Position numbers and translations under genes: made by a program
Shown here: positions 1 through 10,646 of the stretch, piece by piece
Layout of the letters: every line of letters starts with the position of its first letter
How positions within the stretch are numbered: position 1 is the stretch's first letter
From: a metagenome
Strand: one strand, 5' to 3'
DNA: 32,000 nt
Sequence record: k141_463225
Notes under the pieces: generated by a model
The model's database searches: none
What the model was told of the DNA's origin: nothing
Seen by the model: only the letters and a program-made list of their open reading frames with translations

Positions 1-492
1 CTTATTATTTGAATGCAGAGAAGTATTGATTCCAGTCTCCTGCTGGTATGCAGAAAAGGAATATATAAATACTATGGTTTGACACTCAAAGGAATTCACA
101 ATCCCATTTGTTTTTGTATATATAAGTCATCCCAGACTGATTGGAGAATTCACTAAACAGCTACTTATCCTTCAAGCTCATTCAAGCCCAGGGAGGAGAG
201 CATTCCTGAGCTATTTCTGGTTGAATATTTGACAAGACACCAAGTACTTTTCATCTTGAAAGTCATCTTTGCCAATCAATTAAATTCAACCACACAATTT
301 CACACAAGCCCCCAAAGAACACAGCAGTATCTGGCATTGGCTGGCTTGTGACACCTTTTGTTGTTATTTTTCTGACTAAAATATGTCATTGTCAGGTTAC
401 TTGGATTTGTGATGAAGCAGAAAAACAATGTGATCATGCTGTGTATCTAAATAAAGAATATGATTTTCCTGCTGGGCAAATTGAAGGCACAA
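1..492. other. AT-rich, CpG-free non-coding spacer (truncated by window edge)
   Basis: I found no CG dinucleotide in positions 1-492 by eye. CpGs resume at 493 and are frequent in the Z-ISO promoter and CDS. The only ORF here (348..545) has no recognisable motif. Confidence 0.6.
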
Positions 493-740
493 TCGTCATC
501 TCCTGTGTTGTTTCTGCAGTTAAGGAGTTCAACCTCACACTGTGAAAGACGACTACTTTTTTCGAGTGAGGAGGGCGCTGGAGAAAGATCGGTTTGGGAT
601 ATGAGTGCATGAATGACGATCGGAACGAAAAATATTGACGCCTATTGTTGATGTTTGCATTTCATCAGTGAATCCTGTCGACATATTCAGGGATTCCATT
701 GGTACTGGACTCTAAGAATCTGTTGATCAAGCCATTAATC

Positions 741-1913
741 ATGGTTCCCTTCTTCCGACGATTTGATCTGGTGTTCATGTACATCAGTGTTTTGGTTATT
801 GCAAAGCCAACGACGTCATTTCAGGCCCGATCCAATACCTTCATTCGCACTTTTAATTACAAAGCAACCTCCTCACTGCCAAAGTATGCAAATCCTGTTA
901 TAGCTCTCAAAATGAGCGAGCTTCCAAATCCCATTGATTTTTTAGCCAAATCTTCTCTGTCAGATCGATCCAATGACCTTTTGGTGGGAGAGGACGCTGG
1001 AATCTTTGATGTCAGCAAAGAAGAATGGGGCGCCTTGGGCGAACGCGGATGGCTTACCTTTAGCGCTGCTGTGGGAACTATTTTGACGGCCGTGGCTTTA
1101 TTGTGGGTTTACTCACCAACTGGATATGGAGATGATTTTCTTGCCTTTCTAGAACAAATTAGTGGAGGAAACTCTCACGTTGTGACCTTATTGTTTGGTA
1201 TCATCTTTCCATTGACACACTCAGGCTTAGCATCTCTCCGGCCCTTTGGTGAAAAGATTGTCGGTGCACGAACATGGCGTGTCATTTTTGCCTTTCCCAG
1301 TCTATGCTTATCTTATTCATGGATTACATACTTTATTTCTCACGCTCATGATGGCTGGGTGTTCTGGGATTTATCTAATTTTGGAGCTGCCCACGCTGTG
1401 GCGTGGATGCTCAACTTTGCGTCGTTTTTATTCCTTTACCCTACTGTGTTCAACCTCAAGGAAGTGGCAGCCGTTGAGGTACCCAAGATTCACTTATGGG
1501 AGACTGGAATCATTCGGATTACTCGTCATCCTCAGTTTGTGGGTCAGTGCATGTGGAGTGCAGCTCATTTTGCCATGGTGGGAACCACATTCACTGCCTT
1601 GACCATGGCGCTTCTGGTTGGTCACCATTATTTTGCGTGCTGGAATGGTGATCGACGGCTGTTGGCCGAACATGGGGATCGGTTCTTGCAGATCAAGGAT
1701 CGAACATCCGTACTTCCATTCAAGGCCATCCTGGAGGGTCGCCAGATATTACCCAAAGATTACTACAAAGAGCTCCTGAGAGCCCCATATGCACTCATTG
1801 CAGTGGGATCTGTAGGAGCATATTTTGCCCATCCATATATGCAGGCAGGATCAGCCTTGGTAAGAAATACTGGGTTGGTTGAGGGAGGGATATTGGATCA
1901 ATTATTCATGTAA
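741..1913 (+). CDS. Z-ISO: 15-cis-zeta-carotene isomerase (Z-ISO), NnrU-family membrane protein, probable plastid-targeted precursor
   Basis: The track ORF at 699 starts on TTG; the first in-frame ATG is at 741. The C-terminal half reads [21 protein letters not shown]...[54 protein letters not shown]...[10 protein letters not shown]. From memory this closely tracks plant Z-ISO and the NnrU family. The N-terminus [27 protein letters not shown] looks like a signal peptide followed by a Phe junction. The 3' end is uncertain (see findings). Confidence 0.8.
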   Translation: MVPFFRRFDLVFMYISVLVIAKPTTSFQARSNTFIRTFNYKATSSLPKYANPVIALKMSELPNPIDFLAKSSLSDRSNDLLVGEDAGIFDVSKEEWGALGERGWLTFSAAVGTILTAVALLWVYSPTGYGDDFLAFLEQISGGNSHVVTLLFGIIFPLTHSGLASLRPFGEKIVGARTWRVIFAFPSLCLSYSWITYFISHAHDGWVFWDLSNFGAAHAVAWMLNFASFLFLYPTVFNLKEVAAVEVPKIHLWETGIIRITRHPQFVGQCMWSAAHFAMVGTTFTALTMALLVGHHYFACWNGDRRLLAEHGDRFLQIKDRTSVLPFKAILEGRQILPKDYYKELLRAPYALIAVGSVGAYFAHPYMQAGSALVRNTGLVEGGILDQLFM

Positions 1914-4224
1914 ATGTGGTGAATCCTCTTCATGAATACTAGTTAGGAAAAGATTACAAACCCCAAAGTATAATGCAAGTGGCAAACTATCTGAAAAAAG
2001 GATCAAGATGATCAACAATACCTTCCAACAAGTAGATCACAGCTAACTACTAGTAGGGAAGCAAGCACTAGAACCAAGGATATATGGGGTACTCTGATAT
2101 ATTGGTAAGAGTCTGTCATAAATTGTGTTTAGCCTCCTACCTGGTATTGGTATTAGTAGATGGAGTCTCCATTCAACTGCTAGAGAAGCTGCACAGTAAC
2201 GAAACTACCAGGGATAAATGACACTGTATTGGTAAATAAAATTGATTCCAGAATGCAGTTTGTACCCCATCAGTTACCCAATGATACTGGTAGGATCAAT
2301 AATGATTGCATTGAATGAGTCCATAAGTCATCTGAATTGTGTTAGTATCTCCTATATCAAAGCTGGAATGATGGTGCATCCTTGTTCCATAAGAAGTCCA
2401 AAGACAATCCAGTTTCTCTAGGAGATGGTATGAATGTAAATATTGCTTGCTATGCTTCTGATATGACAAGGGAACAAATTTTCTATTGTGTTCTCCTGAC
2501 CTAGTTAACTTCCAGCCTACTAGTTAGAGTGGCACAGGTATTGGTAGTGTATTGTAGCAATATAGTGAACTCATCATGAATTTGGGTTCTACTCATTAAA
2601 AATATGTGTCTAAAAAAGTCACTTCTTCAATTCCAGCTATGTGCAATAATTAGATGTTGGTAAATTTTTAGAAGAGATTAGTTTTAGACTAGCAAAGAAT
2701 AAATGTACCCAAATTAATAACTGTGGGGTTGGAACTCTTAAACAAGTAAAAATCAGAGTTGAAAAAAATTCCAACAGTAGGTTAACACAGATTGGTTCAG
2801 GTGGAGCTTTGGAAACAGTACAACTTACTGCTGGAGGGTTTCAGTGGAGTACTAAGGAGTCCAACTGTTGGGTGTCTGAAATCCTACTGTTGATAAGTGG
2901 AGCTGCTTGTTTGGCAGACCACCTGTAGAACAATTTGGACAAGATGTGGGTGATAGGAATCATTGTAGGTTTTCACTGACCACCACAACTGCTGTATAAC
3001 CCTCTTGCCCCCCCCCCTCTTCTTGTTCCCCTTCAAACAGATCTGGCACAAATTACCCAGAATAACTTGAGACACCAAATCAACAATGTTGTCATATCTC
3101 ATTAGTTTCAAAGAACACAAGCAACAAAACAATGATGATGGCAGGTCACATTATCAAAGTTCTTGACCTTTGAGCATCTGGAAACAGGGAATCTTATGAT
3201 AAGGATTGTTTATGAAATATGGCTGTTACTCCTAGTGAGGTTGTAGGCTCAAGCCTTACAACAATTGTTGAGATTGGCTTGGGTGGAGATAAAAAGTTCA
3301 TACCGGAGGTTCCTCTCATGGCAAGGTCATGCCAAAGAAAGAGATCACAGTAGTTTGTGAAGGAACAGAATTTTTTGCAGTGGGTAATCTGAAGGCTATT
3401 CTTGTAAATATAAGAAAAATGCCAAGATTTGTGTGGTACTATACACAAGTTATATAGCTATAAAATGAGGAGTCTGCAAACAAGACCAAGTCACAAAGAG
3501 CAAGCTGATCATGAGTATTTGCTCCTGCAGGTCCCTTGATAAAAATTTAAGGTTAGTTGAAGTAACAACAAACTATTACTGATGTCTACATTTTGTATTT
3601 GTTTTGGATTAAAGTGAAGGAGATAGGACTGTAAACTCCAGACATTAAATCTCTCAGCAAAGGTCAATGTACTGTCCACTCTAATAATACAGTGTTTCAT
3701 CAATATTCACAGATTAATCATCCTTATACTAATGACACAAAGCAAATGGTTCTTGTAATTGAAAGCTGAGCAAAAGAGCAGGTCTTTCCAAGATGAAAGT
3801 CCTTTGCTTGACACTTGTTGGAAACAAATGTCAGTTGCTGTGCCACACAACTACATTCCATACCTGTTCATTACATTATGCATCACCTCATTTGAACTTG
3901 AGAAACAATGTGTGTTATATTGGTTTTTTATACAGCATCAGGTGCATGATAAGCATCTTGAAGAATGTCAATTTTCATTAAGTATCAAAAAATCTTTCAT
4001 CAATCATGCTGTGGCTAGGTACATTTGAGGGGCTACAAGTGGATTGTATGATATAGGTGTATTTGTGTTATGAGTATTCTGTAATTGGAATTGAAGTAAT
4101 CACTAGAAGAAGGTATTGTTTGCAAAAATTGATTTTTAGTGAGCATTAGGATCAACAAAATAGATTGGATCTACAAACTGATTTCAAAATATAAACTGAC
4201 ATGATTCACAGTTGTGATTTGTCC
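1742..4224. other. AT-rich, nearly CpG-free island (about 2.5 kb) with no credible ORF; possible decayed repeat or transposon relic
   Basis: By eye there are only two CG dinucleotides (about 2200 and 3304) in roughly 2480 nt, while flanking genes have a CpG every 10-30 nt. It contains only short ORFs (2884..3132-, 3194..3448-, 3509..3703-, 3759..4028+) with no recognisable motifs. Confidence 0.6.
3008..3017. repeat. C10 homopolymer
   Basis: Direct reading of tgcccccccccctct. Confidence 0.9.
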
Positions 4225-4725
4225 CGAATAAGTTTAATCGAATAAATCGAGGAATAATCAATACCTCAGATGTACCTGTGGTATGTGCCTTTGGGCCTTA
4301 CCTTGTTACCAGGGCTGGCATCACAAAATGTGTAGGTGGCAAATCTGCTTGCTTTCATAGCTCTGACGACATCTACCTTAGTGACTGGTGCATAGTGAGA
4401 AAAATAGACATTACTACCGACGTCATCCACTCTTGTTGTGCTTATTACTCATTGTTACTGGTAGGCGGCATCATTCCTTTAACTGCTAGTACTGATACAA
4501 GTAGTTTTCATTTCTCCTTCTACTGTCGGTCGCGCTGTGTGCAATGCACGGGGGTCGACGTATACCTGGTCAACATTCAACATTCAGATCGTTTCATTTG
4601 CAAAAGTCATCTCGTGTGTCCTTCTCCTTACTTCCGCCGTTTCGATCTACCTGACGGCACTTACTTTCACTAGCAGAGCCATTGCAAGCGCAAGCACAAT
4701 CACAATCATAAACACAAGCACAAGC

Positions 4726-7023
4726 ATGAGCAGCGATACCAGTGACAAGGTCGACCATAATGACTCATCATCCGACATTGAGTACGAAGTCATCGAGACT
4801 GATTCCGTCAACGATGCTCCAATCGCCCTCGTGTCTGTAGCCATGCAATCGACACCTACCTTGGCTGCCATGGCCTTGGCGATTACCGTTCAAGAATGGG
4901 AGCTTCTCGGTCACGGAAATGACCACAATGTAGCGCTCTCGTCAGATTTGACTATTACTGTCGAACGTCTGGTCGCGTTATTTGTCATTCGACTGGTGGC
5001 ATTAGTATCAGATCGCAACCAACAGCTAGAACACCCAGATCCCAGCATTCCAATATATTCAGATCTGTCGACAACAACTATTTGTCGGTCGGCTCTAGTG
5101 CGGAAAAAACCATGGGCTGGTCCCATTTCAACAGCTCTAATACAACAAGTGAGAGACTATGTCCGTAGAATTCTAGAACAGTACAATGGGGTCTACTATC
5201 ATAACTTTGAGCATGCATATCACGTCACTATATCGTGCAACAAACTCATTGACATGATGCTACATGAACAAAGTATTGATTTGGACAGTCAGAACGACAA
5301 TCATCAACATGTTAGGTTTCGTCGCAAAACCTATGGATTCAAAACAGACCCACTCATGCAAATGGCCTTGTTTTACTCCGCATTCATTCACGACGTAGAA
5401 CACAAAGGAGTCCCTAATCGCCAATTAGTCCTAGAATCAGATGAGTTGGCCATTCTATATAATGACCAGTCAGTGGCAGAGCAACGGTCTCTCGCAGTCG
5501 CCTTTTCAGAACTCATGAAAGAAGAATTTAGTCATTTACGCCAAGTCATGTTTTGTTCTCCAGAAGAATACAGACGATTTCGTCAGGGAGTCATCAACCT
5601 GGTGTTGACGACTGATATTGCCTCTCCTGAACGAACACAGCTTGTCAAATCGAAATGGAAGGAAGCCTTTGGAGAGACGCCAGAGACCCTGGAGCGCAAA
5701 GCTAGAATTGAAATGTCCCGCAGGTCCATCTTTATCGCCCAAGCACCTATTGCTGACACTACTGACGGAAAGTCCACTCCCAGTAGTCATCCCAACAACT
5801 TTCAGCTCACGAAGGAATCCAGCATGCCCACTAGCATATTGGGTGCGCATCGCCGACTCCGTCGTAGAGGATCGGGTGGTCAGAATTCCATGACATCCAG
5901 TGCGTCGATTGCATTCAGTGATATGACCACTGATACGTCCTTGCGACTGAAAACGGGATTTTCCGAGTCTTTGACTAACATTGAATCAGATGAAGAGACC
6001 ACATCGGCAACGCCAGAGTCGACTGATAATTTGGAGGAATTGAATGACCCCGTAGATATAGATGACAAAATCATTGCCAAAGGTACGACACTATTGGCAT
6101 CACCAATAGCAGATATCGTCACTCAAGCTGCGGTCATACGAGGATTGCAACAATTCAAAAGCAAGAAGTACACGCCCGTTGGTACCTTGAGCCGCTCCTT
6201 ACAGCCATTGAAAGCTATTCATGGACTTGGCGTATCGTCACCGCAGATCATTGATGAAAACGATGATGTTTTACCTTTACCAGAAATGAAAAGGTGGGTG
6301 AGCGATACTTTTGTTGCAACTGGGTTCCATGATGGAACCACGTCCCGGAGCTTGGGGTTTCTATCGAAAGCTTATGACAACGAATCGACCTCCTCGGCCA
6401 TGTCATGCCCTGTTGCGTCGGCGGAAAGAATGGGTGCTCTAAATCGTCGCAATAGCAGCCCGATGTTGGATCTCAAAAAGCACAGTGTGCGACTGGGAAT
6501 TCGTAGGTCGTTAGACTTGACAGGAGAACAGATTGAGCATTACACTGCTTCAACTCGGTCGGTGACTCCCTCGACGCGGTCATCAAGTAGTGGTACCACA
6601 CCGTCGGCGCAAGAAATTGATTTAGATCCTGACGAGTCCGATCCGTTCAAAATGGCTGTTGTTATGGAGCACATTATGCGTGCCGCTGATATTAGTGCCA
6701 ATATGCAGAGTTTTGAGCACATGGAAAAATGGTCTCATCGCTTGTTCTATGAACTCAAAGCATCCTTTGATGACGGTCGAGGGGAAGATCCCCAAAACGG
6801 ATGGTATGACAATCAAATCACCTTTTTGGACTCTTACATATTGCCCTTGGCGAGGCGAATGGACGATACTGGTGTATTCGGACATGCAGTGGGGAAAATG
6901 TTTGCCAAATTCGTGCTTGAAAACAGAGAACGATGGGTGAATGATGGAATTGCAAGTACCTCGCATGTGATACAAGAGTGGAACATCATGTCCACAAATC
7001 AAGGAGGACACAGGCAGAGGTAG
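4726..7023 (+). CDS. 3',5'-cyclic-nucleotide phosphodiesterase, class I catalytic domain split by a long low-complexity insert
   Basis: The track ORF at 4537 begins on GTG; the first ATG is at 4726 (MSSDTSDK). PDEase_I motifs appear in order: YHNFEHAYHV, FIHDVEHKGVPNRQL (HD..H.G..N signature), ELAILYNDQSVAEQRS, VLTTDIASPE, then much later HIMRAADISANMQ and ..FLDSYILPL. Confidence 0.85.
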   Translation: MSSDTSDKVDHNDSSSDIEYEVIETDSVNDAPIALVSVAMQSTPTLAAMALAITVQEWELLGHGNDHNVALSSDLTITVERLVALFVIRLVALVSDRNQQLEHPDPSIPIYSDLSTTTICRSALVRKKPWAGPISTALIQQVRDYVRRILEQYNGVYYHNFEHAYHVTISCNKLIDMMLHEQSIDLDSQNDNHQHVRFRRKTYGFKTDPLMQMALFYSAFIHDVEHKGVPNRQLVLESDELAILYNDQSVAEQRSLAVAFSELMKEEFSHLRQVMFCSPEEYRRFRQGVINLVLTTDIASPERTQLVKSKWKEAFGETPETLERKARIEMSRRSIFIAQAPIADTTDGKSTPSSHPNNFQLTKESSMPTSILGAHRRLRRRGSGGQNSMTSSASIAFSDMTTDTSLRLKTGFSESLTNIESDEETTSATPESTDNLEELNDPVDIDDKIIAKGTTLLASPIADIVTQAAVIRGLQQFKSKKYTPVGTLSRSLQPLKAIHGLGVSSPQIIDENDDVLPLPEMKRWVSDTFVATGFHDGTTSRSLGFLSKAYDNESTSSAMSCPVASAERMGALNRRNSSPMLDLKKHSVRLGIRRSLDLTGEQIEHYTASTRSVTPSTRSSSSGTTPSAQEIDLDPDESDPFKMAVVMEHIMRAADISANMQSFEHMEKWSHRLFYELKASFDDGRGEDPQNGWYDNQITFLDSYILPLARRMDDTGVFGHAVGKMFAKFVLENRERWVNDGIASTSHVIQEWNIMSTNQGGHRQR

Positions 7024-7302
7024 TGTGTGGAATAGTTTAGATGAAAAATGTTTGATCAGCCATTAGAATAGGTATGCAACTTGTACGTCTACTTGTCACA
7101 GATGCGGTTGAATTGAGATCATTCTAAAAGGACGTATGTACATGCATGGTCCCGTTCTGCCATTCTGAAAAATGTACATCATGTCCAGGAAGCAAAACGC
7201 AACATCAATGATCACTTCTCCAATTCATTTTGGCGATCGGTTTACGGTTGTTGTTGATGATGTTTAGTGAGCGCCTCCTACCTTTTGTTATTGTTGCTGC
7301 TG

Positions 7303-9330
7303 TTATAACGGGGGTAAAAAGTTTGTTGCTCCTTCTAATGCGCCGTGCCCTTGCCCAGCATCTAAACTTAAATACGTACTATCCATTTCAATGCATGCTC
7401 CACACATGACTATTCCAGTAACTCGAAGTGGTCGTTGCGTCACCTCCATGGGATTAATTACCAATTGGTTTTGCCCTGGTTCTGCCCATCCGATATGTAT
7501 TGTTCGTGTCACATGGAAGACCCTTTGTTTATCTGAAGGGTGCAATGGATTCAGTAAGAAAGATTGATCTGGTGTCGATTTATCGATTGAAGCTAGTGTG
7601 ACTTGAGACTCTGGATATACTCCCGGTCCCCAACTCATAAGTACCAGTTCCACAGGTTGCGTTTCATGATGAATGTTGGGAAATGCTATAGACGCTGGCT
7701 GTCCAAATTGCATGCCAATGTGCAAGGCCCACTTGTCAGGTTTGACAAACATTTTCATAGTGCCACCTGTAATGGAGACTGCGTCGTGTTTACCGTGCTC
7801 ATACCACGAAAAACATTGATCGCCCTTCCCCCAGGTACGCGATCCATATTTTGCGTCAGCACCGGTGAGCGACTTTGTTGTTTTCAAAAGATCAGCGAGG
7901 CCAGTCGCCACCAAGCGATGTCCAGCCACGCTCAGATGGTGATAATCAGGTCCAAACCAGTGATCGGAAAAAGCGGTCCCTGGTTGCTCTGGAAGAGGTT
8001 GTTCGTAGAGATACCCACGTACCTTCAAGACTGCATCCATGGCATCCATACCGATTTGCTTTGAGTCCGCGACCATGGCCTCACCCCAGCTCCACACCGC
8101 GTTCTCAGAGCCCAGCATTTGATTGATTAATTCGTCAGCCATAAGGAAAGTATGCCCTGCTTTGAGGACATCTCGAGGCTTTTCACCAGTCTTTGCGTTA
8201 TCAACAGTCATTCTGAGTGACCAGAGGTGAACATAAATAACTACGGCATTGGGATATCGTCGTCGTAATCGTTCCAAGAGTAGAGGCATTCCATCAAGTC
8301 CATTCAGAGAATACTCTAACATGATGACATCAAAATCCATCTCAATGTCTTCTGCTAGGACTCCCTCTCGAACCATGGTCTCTATGCATTGACTCGCGTA
8401 TGATGCATCCGTCGCTCTAACGGCAAGATTGACTGACGACCATTTGGGACCCATGAGATTGGCCAGAACGTATGGATACGCGTCCTCTCTGTTATCAAGT
8501 TTCGATCCCCATGTTGTAGATCCACCTAACGTAAGGATTCGATATTTCTGGGCCTCGTTCGTTGTGGATGGCTGCACGTACTGTTGACCTGTGTTCGCGA
8601 GTGATGACTTCCACGTGACATCCGTTTCGTGTGGTTGGTTGCGTTGATTGGAACTTTGCTGCTGTTCTTGGTGTAGACCATTCTTTAGTTGGTGTTGGTA
8701 TCCTTGATTTTGCGTGCCGACGAACCCATTTAATATTGGCTCTTCCTGTGGCTTTACAATTTGACTATTCGACTGGCTACTTATGCGCAAGTTGCTTCCC
8801 GTTTGTAGTTGTTGGTTTCCTCCAGTATAAATATAATTATCCGGACCGTGGCCCAATCCTGATGGTTGCTGTTGTTGATTTGGTGACCATGCTCCATATT
8901 GAGTTTTGATTGTGGTTTCACCTCGTTCCTGAAATGAATTCAACTGAATAGTTTCTTTGTGGACCATCGTTTTGGGATCCACAATCCGAGTGGAACGTGA
9001 TGTTGAGTTCGGTGGAAATGTCATACGGGGATTCTCCTTTTGTTTTTTACTGGCAATAATGACGACCCCACTGCACATGATGAGTACCAATATCATTCGA
9101 AGACAGTCGTAGTAGCTCCATTTGGAGGGAGAGTCCTGTGGTGCATCGATGTTCTTTTTGCCGTTGACCTCGGATTCAATTTGATGGTAAATGATATCTA
9201 GACTGGCGTTGCGATGATCTCGGTGAGGAGCATGATTCTTGATCGATGCGGACCGTTTCTTCATTTCCTTTGCCGTTTGTTGTTGGGAATTACAGCTGCC
9301 GTCAGGGCCAGAATCGTCGTCAATAGGCAT
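7303..9330 (-). CDS. Type II membrane protein with Q-rich stalk and SGNH/GDSL-like hydrolase domain plus a C-terminal domain of unknown fold
   Basis: 675-aa ORF with ATG at 9330. There is a single TM segment (MILVLIMCSGVVIIA) after a basic N-terminal tail, then a Q/N/S-rich region. SGNH-like blocks follow: ILTLGGSTTWG (block I, with GGS instead of GDS), MLEYSLNGLDG (block III Asn) and GPDYHHLSVAGHRLVA (block V DxxH). The functional call is motif-level only. Confidence 0.55.
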   Translation of the reverse strand: MPIDDDSGPDGSCNSQQQTAKEMKKRSASIKNHAPHRDHRNASLDIIYHQIESEVNGKKNIDAPQDSPSKWSYYDCLRMILVLIMCSGVVIIASKKQKENPRMTFPPNSTSRSTRIVDPKTMVHKETIQLNSFQERGETTIKTQYGAWSPNQQQQPSGLGHGPDNYIYTGGNQQLQTGSNLRISSQSNSQIVKPQEEPILNGFVGTQNQGYQHQLKNGLHQEQQQSSNQRNQPHETDVTWKSSLANTGQQYVQPSTTNEAQKYRILTLGGSTTWGSKLDNREDAYPYVLANLMGPKWSSVNLAVRATDASYASQCIETMVREGVLAEDIEMDFDVIMLEYSLNGLDGMPLLLERLRRRYPNAVVIYVHLWSLRMTVDNAKTGEKPRDVLKAGHTFLMADELINQMLGSENAVWSWGEAMVADSKQIGMDAMDAVLKVRGYLYEQPLPEQPGTAFSDHWFGPDYHHLSVAGHRLVATGLADLLKTTKSLTGADAKYGSRTWGKGDQCFSWYEHGKHDAVSITGGTMKMFVKPDKWALHIGMQFGQPASIAFPNIHHETQPVELVLMSWGPGVYPESQVTLASIDKSTPDQSFLLNPLHPSDKQRVFHVTRTIHIGWAEPGQNQLVINPMEVTQRPLRVTGIVMCGACIEMDSTYLSLDAGQGHGALEGATNFLPPL

Positions 9331-9486
9331 AATTCTAGATTCGAATTTGAAAATGTGTGAATATAGTATAAAGGTTCGACTGTTGCCATTTAATGTGATC
9401 CTTGACGATCAAGAAGATGTTATCGGTAGATACTCACTCTTGCGATAGTCAGTCGGTCTAGGAATCAAGAAAGCACAGCCGGAATA

Positions 9487-9522
9487 GTTGTTGTTATTGT
9501 TATTGTTATTGTTATTGTTATT
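9487..9522. repeat. Hexanucleotide microsatellite, GTTGTT followed by (GTTATT)5
   Basis: Direct reading. It lies about 160-190 nt upstream of the ATG of the 7303..9330 gene. Translating it produces the poly-Asn run in track ORF 9409..9621. Confidence 0.9.
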
Positions 9523-9868
9523 TGTGCCTGAGGGTGATGGTTCGGCAACAGGAAAATGGTTTCTCAACCATCGTGGCCTATGGCGGAGAACTATGCCTGC
9601 CTGTGGTATTGAAACTGGCATAACTCAGGCATAATCAAGCCAACAGAAACGGATCGAGTGACGTGTGTCAATGCTAATGGGAAACATCAATGGTCACAAG
9701 AAACAAAATGACTCTAGCAAGGGACAGCCTTTCCACAGTTCCACGACATCGGCCTACAAATCACAGAAAGTTTGTCAATTTGCTTTGAGCTGGAGGAGGG
9801 CATCGTAGAAGTCTAGATTTCGAGATGACACCCTGATGAATTATTTCCCTACTAGTAATTTAGCCTCG

Positions 9869-10348
9869 AGTATTGCTATGCTTTGATAGTAAACAGTTCT
9901 GTGAATCTATGGGGTCAACAAATTTTAAGGATATGTTGTATTTCCCTAGCTTTTCCAAGAATGACCAGCATTGCTACTTATGTAATACAATCCTATGCAC
10001 AAAAATCAAGCAAGTGATTTGAAAGTGGACTACTGGTAGAAATACAACATACTTTTATTTGTGAATACTGTTGTGAAAGTATTATTTAGGCTGAATTTTT
10101 AGTTAAGCAATGCAATGAGCTATGGAAACCAAAGTTTATACTGTAGCTCTAAGTATCTCAAGTTTATTGTGATCTGTTTGTTGTTGATATTGGTATCTTA
10201 AGATAGCTGTTTCCTTTGGAAAGGAGAGTCATTATTATGATCAATGATCTTATTTATCACCCCTTGTAAAACAGCTTGAAACCAGGAAACAAATTGAAGA
10301 CCTTGATCAGAGGGCTCTGAATTTAACAATTTAACCCTTCAACATTCT
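9869..10348. other. AT-rich CpG-free spacer
   Basis: I found no CG dinucleotide in about 480 nt by eye. It sits between two divergent, CpG-containing promoter regions. Confidence 0.6.
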
Positions 10349-10646
10349 CGTGATGCAAGCGTGGACGAATGGAATTTCTTGGCTCGCTTGTCAGTGCGCT
10401 GTCCCCTACCTCGTGCTTGCTTTCCGTGTGATTCATAATCTGAAGTATATACAGTATGCATGCTTTATTTTTATAGCGGACCAATACTGGGATCGTTTGG
10501 CTGCAGCCTGGGAATAGAAGCTCTAAAATTTTCTTCGCAATCAACACAACAGGATCGAAGTAAATAGCCAAAAGAAATTTAGCTTCAGATCAAACACAAA
10601 CCTTACTCCATCACCTCATCATCTCTTAACTATAATATTGAAAACA

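Noticed and set aside
1246-1602. Nested, overlapping or antisense ORFs inside the large CDSs. Examples: 1246..1602; 4647..6122 and 6540..7011 set; 7603..8909 set; 11250..11805; 12844..13695; 15290..19919 set; 23608..24740 set; 24988..25930 set; 26436..28340 set; 29260..31793 set
   Set aside because: Each lies wholly within, or opposite, a long ORF with strong homology motifs. They have no recognisable motifs of their own, and many start on non-ATG codons. These are typical shadow ORFs.
2771-2910. Local inverted/direct repeat pattern (ccaacagtagg ... cctactgttg; ggtggagct ... gtggagct), considered as a MITE-like element or structured RNA
   Set aside because: The arms are only about 10 nt with mismatches. 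There are no target-site duplications or second copies in the window, so this is within chance for AT-rich sequence.
2884-4028. Short ORFs (82, 84, 64, 89, 62 aa) in the 2.5-kb AT-rich island, considered as a decayed gene or transposon ORF
   Set aside because: I could see no recognisable domain, no consistent frame or splice pattern linking them, and no terminal repeats. I keep the region only as a compositional anomaly.
4278-4725. Open frame upstream of the PDE ATG (track ORFs 4278..4673 and the 4537 GTG start), including a hydrophobic stretch, considered as an N-terminal extension or TM anchor
   Set aside because: There is no ATG in frame upstream of 4726, and I found no convincing donor/acceptor pair to bring in an upstream exon. 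I treat it as 5' leader, but RNA-seq could revise this.
9409-9621. 70-aa ORF with a poly-Asn run
   Set aside because: The Asn run is just the translation of the (GTTATT)n microsatellite. The rest has no motif, and the position fits the promoter or 5' leader of the 7303..9330 gene.
10323-10571. 82-aa minus-strand ORF upstream of the Cys3His-module gene
   Set aside because: It has a TTG start and no motif, and it lies in the presumed promoter or 5' leader.
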